In this document: positions 26,888-35,163 of the stretch, piece by piece
Layout: the number at the start of each line of letters is the position of its first letter
Numbering within the stretch: position 1 is the stretch's first letter
Source: an uncultured Eisenbergiella sp.
GTDB taxonomy: Bacteria; Bacillota; Clostridia; Lachnospirales; Lachnospiraceae
Direction of reading: 5' to 3'
Assembly (NCBI GenBank): GCA_947631815.1
Contig: CANRMT010000001.1
Span: 3,401-67,400 of the forward strand
Length of the DNA: 64,000 nt
Made by a program: the position numbers and the translations under genes
Notes under the pieces: generated by a model
Database searches by the model: none
Seen by the model: only the letters and a program-made list of their open reading frames with translations
Told to the model about the DNA's origin: nothing

Positions 26888-29328
26888 CCCTGCTTCTTCC
26901 CTTTCGTCCGCTTCCCGGTCACCTTCAACGGCCGTTCCTTCTCGCCCCCGGACGAGATCGCCGCATCCGCCTGGTCCACCCTGGCCTTCAGTTCCTCCTT
27001 CAGACTCCGTTTCCCGGCGGTATCCGGTTTCGTCCTCCGGCCGCCTGCTGTCCTTACGGCCTTCGCCGCCGCCTTTTTCTGCGCCTTTTCCTCCGCAGTG
27101 CGCCGAAATGCGGTCAGCTCCTCCTCCGTATAGGGCGTGCAGGAGAAAATGCTGACGGAAAGCGGGGCCTGACGGATCCTGATGGAATGGTCGCGCCCGT
27201 CGCATTCTTTGGGAACGCTGGCCTTCACCGCAGCGTTCACCCTGCCCTCCCCGCCGTATTTCTTATCGTCCGAATTGAGGATCTCTTTATATCGGCCCGC
27301 AAAAGGCACGCCGATGGAATATCCCCTGCGCTCTACGTTGGCAAAATTGACGCTGACCAGAAGCGTTTCCTCCGGCTTATCGGTCTTTCGCAGCCAGGAC
27401 AGCGTGCATTCCTCGGAATCCATGCAGTTGATCCACTCGAAGCCCTCCCAGCTCGTATCCTTTTCATAGAGGGCGGGACTGCTGCGGTACAGCTCATTGA
27501 GCTTCTTCACGAAACGGCGCACGCCGTCGTGCTTCTTTTCCTTCAGCAGCTCCCATTCCACACTGCGCCCTTCGTTCCATTCGTCATATTCTCCGATGTC
27601 CTGTCCCATGAACAGGAGCTTTTTCCCGGGGTGGGCCATCATATAGCCGTAGCTGGCCCGCAGGTTGGCGAAGCGCTCCGGCTCCTCGCCGGGCATCTTG
27701 CCCAGCATGGTCGCCTTGCCGTGCACCACCTCGTCATGGGAAAACACCAGCATGAACTTCTCGCTGTAGGCGTAGACCATGGAGAAGGTCAGTTCATTGT
27801 GATGATAGGAGCGGAAATAGGGATCGTTGCGGATATAACCCAGGAAATCGTTCATCCAGCCCATATTCCATTTGAAGGAAAATCCCAGCCCGTCTTCGTT
27901 CAGGTCTCCCGTGACCCTGGGCCACGCCGTGGACTCCTCCGCGATGGACATTGCACCCCTGCCGCGCTTTCCGATCATGCTGTTGACATGCTTCAAAAAC
28001 TCTACGGCCTCCAGATTTTCATTGCCGCCGTACATATTGGCGATCCACTGGCCGTCGCTCTTCCCGTAGTCCAGATAGAGCATGGAGGCCACCGCATCCA
28101 TGCGGATGCCATCCGCGTGATACTGTTCGATCCAGTACAGCGCATTGGCGATCAGATAATTGCTCACCTGCGGCCGCCCGTAATTGTAGATCAGCGTCCC
28201 CCAGTGGGGATGGACGCCCTGCCGTGGATCCTTATGCTCGTACAGGCATGTCCCGTCAAAGGCCGAAAGGCCCCAGGTATCCCTGGGGAAATGAGCGGGC
28301 ACCCAGTCCAGGATCACGCCGATCCCGGCCTTATGCAGCTCATTGACGAAATACATGAAATCCTGCGGCGTACCATACCGGGCGGTGGGCGCATAATAGC
28401 CGATGACCTGATAGCCCCAGGAGCCGTCCAGCGGATGCTCCATCACCGGCATCAGCTCCACATGGGTATAGCCCATCTCCTTCACATAGGAGATCACCTT
28501 CGGGGCCAGCTCCCGGTAATTGTAATAATACCGGCCGTCCTCCGGTTTGGCAAAGGAGCCCAGATACATCTCGTAGACGCTGATAGGCTGCTTCGCATAG
28601 TCCGTCTGCTCCCGCTTCCCGATCCAGTCTTCGTCCTCCCAGGAAAAGCCGTCGATGGAGCGCACCACGGAGGCCGTATCCGGCCGCAGCTGCTGTCCGA
28701 AGGCATAGGGATCCGCCTTCAGATAGGTCAGGCCGCCCTTCACCTTCAGTTCAAATTTATAGTTCACGCCCTCTTCCACGCCGGGCACGAAGATCTCGAA
28801 AATGCCGGAATCCCAGAGGCGGCGCATCTGGTGAATGCGGCCGTCCCAGCTGTTGAAATCGCCCACCACGGATACCCGCACGGCGTTCGGCGCCCAGACC
28901 GCGAAATGCACGCCCGCCGTGCCGTCCACCGTCATCAGGTGCGCGCCCAGCATCCGGTATGCCTCGTAATGGATCCCGGCGGAAAAACGCGCGGTCTCCT
29001 CTTTGGTGATGATGGGGGCAAAGCGGTAGGGATCCTCGATCTCCCGCACGCTGCCGTCCGCGCAGGTGATCCGCAGCTTGTAGCGCACCGGCTTATTGCC
29101 GGGAAAGAGAACCGCGAAAAACCCGGCTTCGTCCGCCTGTTCCATTTCCAGCTCCCGCTTGCCCTCCCGCAGCAGCCGGATCGATCTGGCCCCGGGCCAG
29201 AACGCCTGCAATAATGTGGAACTTCCTTCCGGGTGCGGCCCCAGGAGCCTGTGCGGGTCATCCTCCTCCGAATAGACGATCGCCTCGATCCCGGGCCAGT
29301 TCATCAGTCTGTACAGCCTGTTGTTCAT
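26884..29328 (-). CDS. glgB: 1,4-alpha-glucan branching enzyme
   Basis: FAVWAPNA, SWGYQV, VILDWVPAHF, GIRMDAVASMLY, AEEST, SHDEVVHGK; SD aggagggg. Confidence 0.96.
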   Translation of the reverse strand: MNNRLYRLMNWPGIEAIVYSEEDDPHRLLGPHPEGSSTLLQAFWPGARSIRLLREGKRELEMEQADEAGFFAVLFPGNKPVRYKLRITCADGSVREIEDPYRFAPIITKEETARFSAGIHYEAYRMLGAHLMTVDGTAGVHFAVWAPNAVRVSVVGDFNSWDGRIHQMRRLWDSGIFEIFVPGVEEGVNYKFELKVKGGLTYLKADPYAFGQQLRPDTASVVRSIDGFSWEDEDWIGKREQTDYAKQPISVYEMYLGSFAKPEDGRYYYNYRELAPKVISYVKEMGYTHVELMPVMEHPLDGSWGYQVIGYYAPTARYGTPQDFMYFVNELHKAGIGVILDWVPAHFPRDTWGLSAFDGTCLYEHKDPRQGVHPHWGTLIYNYGRPQVSNYLIANALYWIEQYHADGIRMDAVASMLYLDYGKSDGQWIANMYGGNENLEAVEFLKHVNSMIGKRGRGAMSIAEESTAWPRVTGDLNEDGLGFSFKWNMGWMNDFLGYIRNDPYFRSYHHNELTFSMVYAYSEKFMLVFSHDEVVHGKATMLGKMPGEEPERFANLRASYGYMMAHPGKKLLFMGQDIGEYDEWNEGRSVEWELLKEKKHDGVRRFVKKLNELYRSSPALYEKDTSWEGFEWINCMDSEECTLSWLRKTDKPEETLLVSVNFANVERRGYSIGVPFAGRYKEILNSDDKKYGGEGRVNAAVKASVPKECDGRDHSIRIRQAPLSVSIFSCTPYTEEELTAFRRTAEEKAQKKAAAKAVRTAGGRRTKPDTAGKRSLKEELKARVDQADAAISSGGEKERPLKVTGKRTKGKKQG

Positions 29329-29386
29329 GCGCTTCCCCTCCTTTTTCTCTATCATCTGCGGCTCTGTATCCCTCTTTTTTGCTGTT

Positions 29387-30619
29387 TTATTCGCCCTCGA
29401 AGCTGTTGATCAGAAAACCGCTGCGCAGCTTCGGCTCAAACCAGGTGGATTTGGGAGGCATCAGCCTGCCCGCGTCCGCCACGGCGAACAGCTCCCCGAT
29501 GGCCGTGGGATACATCAGGAAGGCGACGCCGCCCTCCCGGTCCACCCTCTCCCTGAGCTCTCCGCATCCGCGGATGCCGCCCACAAAGGAGATCCTGCGA
29601 TCCGTCCTCGGCTGTGCGATGCCCAGCACCGGGGCAAGCACCAGATCCTGCAGAAGCGACACGTCCAGCCCCTCCACCGGATCTTCCCTGGCGAAGCCGT
29701 CCCGCAGCTTCAGCGCATACCAGCCGTCCGGCAGATACATGCCGATCTCGCCCTTGCGCGCCGGATGCGGCACCGTTTCTCCCATGCGCCGGATCTCAAA
29801 CGCCGCGCCGACCCGCTCCAGAAATTCCTCCTGAGACAGACCGTTCAGATCCTTCACGACGCGGTTGTAATCCAGGATCTTCAGCTCATCGTCCGGAAAC
29901 GCCACCGACAGGATGAAGTTCCAGGGAGCCTGTCTGTCATAGTCCGGATCCTCTTCCCTTCTGCGCACCGCGCAGGCCGCGGCGGCCGCACAGCGGTGAT
30001 GGCCGTCCGCGATATACAGGGTGTCCACCGCCTCAAAGGCGTCGTAGATCGCTTCCAGCTCCTCCTCGTCCGCCACGCGCCAGATCCGGTGCCGCACGCC
30101 GTCCGTCCCCGTCACATCGAAAAGGGGCGCTCCTTCCGCTTTCGCCTGCTCCGTGAGCGCCCGGATCTCCTCCCGCGCCCGGTAAGCCAGAAAGATCGGG
30201 CCGGTCTGGGCCTGACAGCCCTCCACATGGGCGATCCGGTCCGCCTCCTTATCCGCACGGGTATTCTCATGGCGGCGGATCGTCCCGTTCAGGTAATCGT
30301 CTACCCGCGCCAGCGCGCCGATGCCGGTCTGGGTGCGCCCGTCCATCGTCAGTTCATAAATATAATAACAGGGGGTCTCCTCCTGCACGAAATATCCCGC
30401 TTCCATCCGCTCCCGGAGCAGGCTTCCGGCCTTTTTCGCCAGATCCTCTCCGGCCTGTGCCGCCGTCTCCGGCAGGTCCACCGCCAGAAAGGACAGCGGC
30501 TCTCTGGCCACCTCTGCCTGCGCCTCCTCCAGGGAATATACGTCATAGGGTAAGGCCGCGATCCTGGCCGCGTATTTCTCCTGCGGTCTGACGGCCCGAA
30601 ACGGTCTCAGTTCTGCCAT
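29387..30619 (-). CDS. DUF1015 family protein (ParB/Srx-like motif)
   Basis: MAELRPFRAVRP, ALPYDV, IRRHENTRADK, TGPIFLAY, YIADGHHRCAAA, MPPKSTWFEPKLRSG. Confidence 0.85.
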   Translation of the reverse strand: MAELRPFRAVRPQEKYAARIAALPYDVYSLEEAQAEVAREPLSFLAVDLPETAAQAGEDLAKKAGSLLRERMEAGYFVQEETPCYYIYELTMDGRTQTGIGALARVDDYLNGTIRRHENTRADKEADRIAHVEGCQAQTGPIFLAYRAREEIRALTEQAKAEGAPLFDVTGTDGVRHRIWRVADEEELEAIYDAFEAVDTLYIADGHHRCAAAAACAVRRREEDPDYDRQAPWNFILSVAFPDDELKILDYNRVVKDLNGLSQEEFLERVGAAFEIRRMGETVPHPARKGEIGMYLPDGWYALKLRDGFAREDPVEGLDVSLLQDLVLAPVLGIAQPRTDRRISFVGGIRGCGELRERVDREGGVAFLMYPTAIGELFAVADAGRLMPPKSTWFEPKLRSGFLINSFEGE

Positions 30620-30664
30620 ACACATTCTCCGTTTTCCGCGCCCTCCGGCGCTTTTCTTTCCTCT

Positions 30665-30693
30665 ATTTTACATTTTGACAGGATAATGCGCAA
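30665..30693 (-). promoter_or_regulatory. Sigma-A promoter of the DUF1015-glgB-mscS run
   Basis: TTGCGC-17 nt-TAAAAT on the minus strand. Confidence 0.55.
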
Positions 30694-30703
30694 GTGCTAA
30701 AAT
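30675..30703 (+). promoter_or_regulatory. Sigma-A promoter of the 94-aa hypothetical gene
   Basis: TTGACA-17 nt-TAAAAT with TGn extension. Confidence 0.8.
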
Positions 30704-30813
30704 GGCATTAAAAAAGAAACCGCTCCTTCGGGGCGCGGCCGCGGCATATGAGCCGGACGGTCCGCGGTCCGAAAGGGCCCGGCGGCCCGGCACACGGGCC
30801 GGAAGGAGGAGCC

Positions 30814-31098
30814 ATGGCACTTTCCATAAAAGACAAAGCGTTTCTGGACCGCATCACCGCCTACGCCAACGAAGCGATGCCGGATCTGGACCCGCAGAAG
30901 ACACAGGTATCTGTTCAGCTCGAAAAAATGATGCCCATTTTTCAGACCGTCGCAAAAGAAGAGGGCTGCGCGGTGGAGGATGTTTTCATCCGCTACATGG
31001 ACCTGGCCAACGAGGCCTTTGTCGCCAGCGACAAAAAGCTTCGGGACGCGCTGGACGATCCGGACGAAAACGGTCCCATCTTCCGTTTCGACAGATAA
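30814..31098 (+). CDS. Hypothetical acidic helical protein, 94 aa
   Basis: Strong SD aaggaggag, upstream consensus promoter, protein-like composition (MALSIKDKAFLDRITAYANEAMP...). Confidence 0.75.
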   Translation: MALSIKDKAFLDRITAYANEAMPDLDPQKTQVSVQLEKMMPIFQTVAKEEGCAVEDVFIRYMDLANEAFVASDKKLRDALDDPDENGPIFRFDR

Positions 31099-31165
31099 TC
31101 GCAAAATCTCTGTTTCAAAAAGTCTCCTCCTGCATACACTAATGGTAAAAAGGAGGAGATTTTCT

Positions 31166-32491
31166 ATGTCTTTCAATCCATTCAAAGAAAAGGCGGTCCC
31201 CATAGAGCAGACCTTCATGGACTGGAACACCATGTCCCCGAAGCCCTACTGCAAGGAAACCGCCGATCCCTACACCAAATGCCGCATCATCCTGATGAAC
31301 GGCACCGAATTTGAGGCCCAGTGGTTCTCCCGCAATCTTTCCCGGCACTGCTGCGACAATGAGCTGCGCCGGGAACTGGCCATGACGCGCCGCACGGAAC
31401 AGCAGCAGCAGAAAAGGATCAGCTGCTTAAAGCCGCGGGACGAAACGATCCTGGAGCATACCATCGCCTATGAACAGCTGGCCGTGGATCTGACCTGCGT
31501 GCTGGCGAAGCAGGAAACGGACTGCAGCGTGATCAACGCCCTGAACCTGGCCCTGCTGGAGGATTTCGATCACCTGTACCGCTACTCCAATCTGCTGCAT
31601 CTGGAGTACGGCATCTATCCCGAAAAGCTGGTGGGCGGCTATACGGAAATCACGCCCGGACGCCCCACCGTCAGCGAACACCGCTATCCCAAGGACAGCA
31701 TTTTCCATGACACCGGCTGCGGGGCATCCCTGCAGACCAAGCTGAACGTGGGCATCATCACGGCGGCCGAACAGCAGACTATGAACTACTATATGAACGT
31801 GGCGAACCTTTACAACGTTTCCGACCTGGGCCGGAGAATGTATCAGGAGATCGGCATGATCGAGGAACAGCATGTCAGCGAGTACGAAAGCCTGATCGAC
31901 ACCCATATGACCTGGCTGGAAAACCTGCTCCTGCATGAGTATACCGAGTGCTATCTGTACTACTCCTGCATGATGACGGAATGCGATCCCTACATCCGCC
32001 AGATCTGGGAGGAATGTCTGGTACAGGAGATCGCTCACCTGCATAAGGCCGCGGAGCTGCTCTGGAAATACGAGAAGAAAGAATACGAACAGATCGTGGG
32101 CGACGGCGAACTGCCCTCCGTCCTGCGCCTGCGACCCAACATCGAGTACGTGCGCAAGGTTCAGGAGACCACCGTCGGCAACACCGAGAAGCAGGAATGC
32201 GTGGTGCCGCTGGGCGAGCTGAAGGCCGACGATTCCTTCTTCCGCTATCAGGAAAAAGTGAACCGTTCGGCGGACAGCGTTTCCACACACTGCGTCATCG
32301 AACAGCACATCAAAAACTGCGGCACAGACTACCGCTATGAGGTTGCGCCCAATCCCGTGACACAGCTGCAGGACCGCCGCTGCGACAACACCGTGCTGGG
32401 CCGGGTCCAGGATCAGACACCCGCCTGCTATAGCCGCTGCGGCACCACCGCGGACGGCTGCGCCTGCGGGCTCACGGGGATCAAAGACTGA
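31166..32491 (+). CDS. Hypothetical protein with tandem ferritin-like (carboxylate/His) motifs, 441 aa
   Basis: SD aaggaggag; motifs GTEFEA, AYEQLA, LEDFDH, AAEQQT, IEEQH, HEYTE, QEIAH. Confidence 0.75.
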   Translation: MSFNPFKEKAVPIEQTFMDWNTMSPKPYCKETADPYTKCRIILMNGTEFEAQWFSRNLSRHCCDNELRRELAMTRRTEQQQQKRISCLKPRDETILEHTIAYEQLAVDLTCVLAKQETDCSVINALNLALLEDFDHLYRYSNLLHLEYGIYPEKLVGGYTEITPGRPTVSEHRYPKDSIFHDTGCGASLQTKLNVGIITAAEQQTMNYYMNVANLYNVSDLGRRMYQEIGMIEEQHVSEYESLIDTHMTWLENLLLHEYTECYLYYSCMMTECDPYIRQIWEECLVQEIAHLHKAAELLWKYEKKEYEQIVGDGELPSVLRLRPNIEYVRKVQETTVGNTEKQECVVPLGELKADDSFFRYQEKVNRSADSVSTHCVIEQHIKNCGTDYRYEVAPNPVTQLQDRRCDNTVLGRVQDQTPACYSRCGTTADGCACGLTGIKD

Positions 32492-32494
32492 GCC

Positions 32495-32697
32495 ATCGTT
32501 CCGTCCGTGGGTTTCCGGGAAGCGCAGGCCGCCCCCGGCGTACTTCTCATGAGGAGCGTAGAAAAGCGCCGGTACTTAGGCCGCGTCCTTTGCGGCCTTA
32601 TGTACCGCTGCGCTTTTCTTTCGAGCGAAAGCGTATCCGAATGAGAATGTATGCCGGGGGCGGCCTGCGTTTCCCGGAAACCCGCGGGCGGAACGAT
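32495..32697. repeat. 203-bp nested inverted-repeat element (REPIN/MITE-like or structured RNA)
   Basis: 56/57-bp terminal arms (32495-32550, 32641-32697) complementary except for 4 transitions and 1 bulge; inner hairpin 32560-32619. Confidence 0.85.
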
Positions 32698-32719
32698 CAC
32701 ACAGCCGGACGGGATCCGA

Positions 32720-33883
32720 TCACTTCACCACGCGCACCCGGAACACGCCGTCGATGGTGCGCAGCTGGGTGATGATGCTGTCGTTGGCGCAGGATTCCAG
32801 ATCCAGCAGCGTATAGGCCACATCACCCTTGGATTTATTGGTCATGTTGACGATGTTGATGTTGTTCCAGCCCATGACCGAGGTGAACTTCGCGATCATG
32901 TTGGCGATATTCTTGTGGAAGATCGCGACCCTGCTGGCGTACTGGCAGACGCCCAGATCGCAGTCCGGATAGTTGACGCTGTGTTGGATCGTGCCGTTCT
33001 CCAGATATTCCTTCAGCTCCCGCACCGCCATCACCGCGCAGTTCTCTTCGGATTCCTCCGTGGAAGCGCCCAGATGCGGGATCACGATGCAGTCCGGCTG
33101 ACCGGCGGTCACCGGGTTCGGGAAATCGGAAACATATTTGCGGATCTTTCCGGCGGCAATGCCCTCCAGCACGGCGGACTCGTCCACCAGCAGATCCCTG
33201 GCGAAGTTCAGGAGGATCACGCCGTCCTTCATGCGCCCGATGGCCTCCGCGTTCACCATGCCTCTGGTGGCCTCCATCAGCGGTACGTGGATCGTGATGA
33301 AATCGCACTGCTCATAGATCTCGTTCACATCCATGACGTGCTTGACGTCGCGGCTTAAGCTCCAGGCCGCCGCCACGGAAACGTAAGGGTCATAGCCGTA
33401 GACCTCCATGCCCAGATGTCTGGCCACGTTGGCGACCTTGACGCCGATGGCGCCCAGGCCGATGATGCCCAGCTTCTTGCCCATCACCTCCGTGCCAGCG
33501 AATTTCTTCTTTTCCTTTTCCGCCGCCTTCGCCACATTGGGATCGTCCTTATTTTCCTTCACCCAGTTGATGCCGTCCACCACGTCCCGGCTGGCGAGGA
33601 GCATGCCCGCGATCACCAGCTCCTTGACGCCGTTGGCGTTGGCCCCCGGCGTATTGAACACTACAATGCCCTTCTGCGCGCACTTATCCAGCGGGATATT
33701 GTTGACGCCCGCTCCCGCCCTGGCGATAGCCAGCAGATTGTCCGGCAGCTCCATCTCGTGCATGGACGCGCTCCTGACCAGAACGCCGTCCGCCTGCGCG
33801 ATATCCTCGGTTTTTTCATATTCTCCCGTAAAATTGTCCAGCCCGGTCTGGGCGATGGGATTCAGACACAGATAACGATACAT
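32720..33883 (-). CDS. serA: D-3-phosphoglycerate dehydrogenase with C-terminal ACT domain
   Basis: IARAGAGVNNIP, VFNTPGANAN, GIIGLGAIG, LNFARD, PHLGASTEE. Confidence 0.93.
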   Translation of the reverse strand: MYRYLCLNPIAQTGLDNFTGEYEKTEDIAQADGVLVRSASMHEMELPDNLLAIARAGAGVNNIPLDKCAQKGIVVFNTPGANANGVKELVIAGMLLASRDVVDGINWVKENKDDPNVAKAAEKEKKKFAGTEVMGKKLGIIGLGAIGVKVANVARHLGMEVYGYDPYVSVAAAWSLSRDVKHVMDVNEIYEQCDFITIHVPLMEATRGMVNAEAIGRMKDGVILLNFARDLLVDESAVLEGIAAGKIRKYVSDFPNPVTAGQPDCIVIPHLGASTEESEENCAVMAVRELKEYLENGTIQHSVNYPDCDLGVCQYASRVAIFHKNIANMIAKFTSVMGWNNINIVNMTNKSKGDVAYTLLDLESCANDSIITQLRTIDGVFRVRVVK

Positions 33884-33897
33884 GATTTTTCTCCTCA

Positions 33898-34075
33898 TTC
33901 TCCGGGCGCGGCCCCTGCTTCAGGCGCTTGCCCGCTCTCCTGGCCGCGCTTTTTCCGGCGCGGTCCCGCTTTTCGGGCGGCGCATTCGGGCACTGCCCCT
34001 GCTCTTTTGGCCACGCTTTTCCGGCGCGGCCCATGCTCACTGGACGCGCTTTTCCGGCGCGGCCGCCCGCCTTTT
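33898..34075. repeat. Degenerate GC-rich direct repeats between serC and serA
   Basis: cgctttt(t)ccggcgcgg three times (about 33947, 34015, 34047), plus related gcccctgct copies. Confidence 0.65.
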
Positions 34076-34076
34076 T

Positions 34077-35159
34077 TCAGATATGCTTCGCCTCGAAGTC
34101 CCGCATGAAGGCCGCCAGCGCTTCCACGCCTTCGATGGGCATGGCGTTGTAAATGCTGGCGCGCATGCCGCCCACGGTGCGGTGTCCCTTCAGGTTCTCA
34201 AATCCGGCTTCTTTCGCCTCTTTGACGAATCTGGCATCCAGCTCCGCGTCGCCGGTGACAAAAGGCACGTTCATCAGCGAACGGTCCTCCTTCCGCACGG
34301 TTCCCTTAAACAGTCTGCTCTCATCCAGGAAGTCGTAGAGGATCTTCGCCTTTTTCTCATTGTATTCCTTCATGGCCGCCAGGCCGCCCCGGGCCTTGAG
34401 CCACTTGAACACCTTGCCGCAGATATAGATGCCGTAGGCGGGAGGCGTATTGTACAGAGAGCCCGCGTCCGCATGGGTCTTATAGCGCAGCATGGTGGGC
34501 GTGCCGGGCAGCACATCCTCCGTGATCAGATCCTCCCGGATGATCACGATGACCACGCCGGCAGGGCCGATGTTCTTCTGGACGCCGCCGTAGATCAGGC
34601 CGTATTTCGTCACATCGACGGGCTCTGACAGGAAGCAGGAGGACACGTCGGACACCAGGGTCTTTCCCTTGGTGTTGGGCAGGGTCTTATACTTCGTGCC
34701 GTAGATCGTGTTGTTCTCGCAGATATAGACATAGTCCGCGTTCTCGTGGATGGGCAGATCGGAGCAGTCCGGAATATAGGAAAAGGTCTTGTCAGCGGAG
34801 GACGCCACCGCCTTCGCATCGCCGTACAGACAGGCCTCCTGCCAGGCCTTTTTCGCCCACTGGCCAGTGATGATGTAATCCGCCGCCCCGTTCTTCATCA
34901 GGTTCATGGGGATCATGGCAAACTGCTGGCTGGCACCGCCCTGCAGAAACAGCACCTTATAATTGGCGGGGATGTTCATCAGCTCCCGCAGATCCGCCTC
35001 GGCCTCCTGAATGATCGTCTCGAACATTTTGGAGCGGTGGCTCATCTCCATGACGGACATGCCGCAGCCGCGGTAATCCAGCATTTCCTCCGCCGCCTCT
35101 TTGAGGACCTCCTCCGGCAGGACCGCCGGACCGGCCGAAAAATTATATACTCTGGACAT
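34077..35159 (-). CDS. serC: Phosphoserine aminotransferase
   Basis: VYNFSAGPAVLP, EMSHRS, LFLQGGASQQF, GVQKNIGPAG, NTPP, GHRTVGGMRASIYNA. Confidence 0.96.
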   Translation of the reverse strand: MSRVYNFSAGPAVLPEEVLKEAAEEMLDYRGCGMSVMEMSHRSKMFETIIQEAEADLRELMNIPANYKVLFLQGGASQQFAMIPMNLMKNGAADYIITGQWAKKAWQEACLYGDAKAVASSADKTFSYIPDCSDLPIHENADYVYICENNTIYGTKYKTLPNTKGKTLVSDVSSCFLSEPVDVTKYGLIYGGVQKNIGPAGVVIVIIREDLITEDVLPGTPTMLRYKTHADAGSLYNTPPAYGIYICGKVFKWLKARGGLAAMKEYNEKKAKILYDFLDESRLFKGTVRKEDRSLMNVPFVTGDAELDARFVKEAKEAGFENLKGHRTVGGMRASIYNAMPIEGVEALAAFMRDFEAKHI

Positions 35160-35163
35160 TTCT

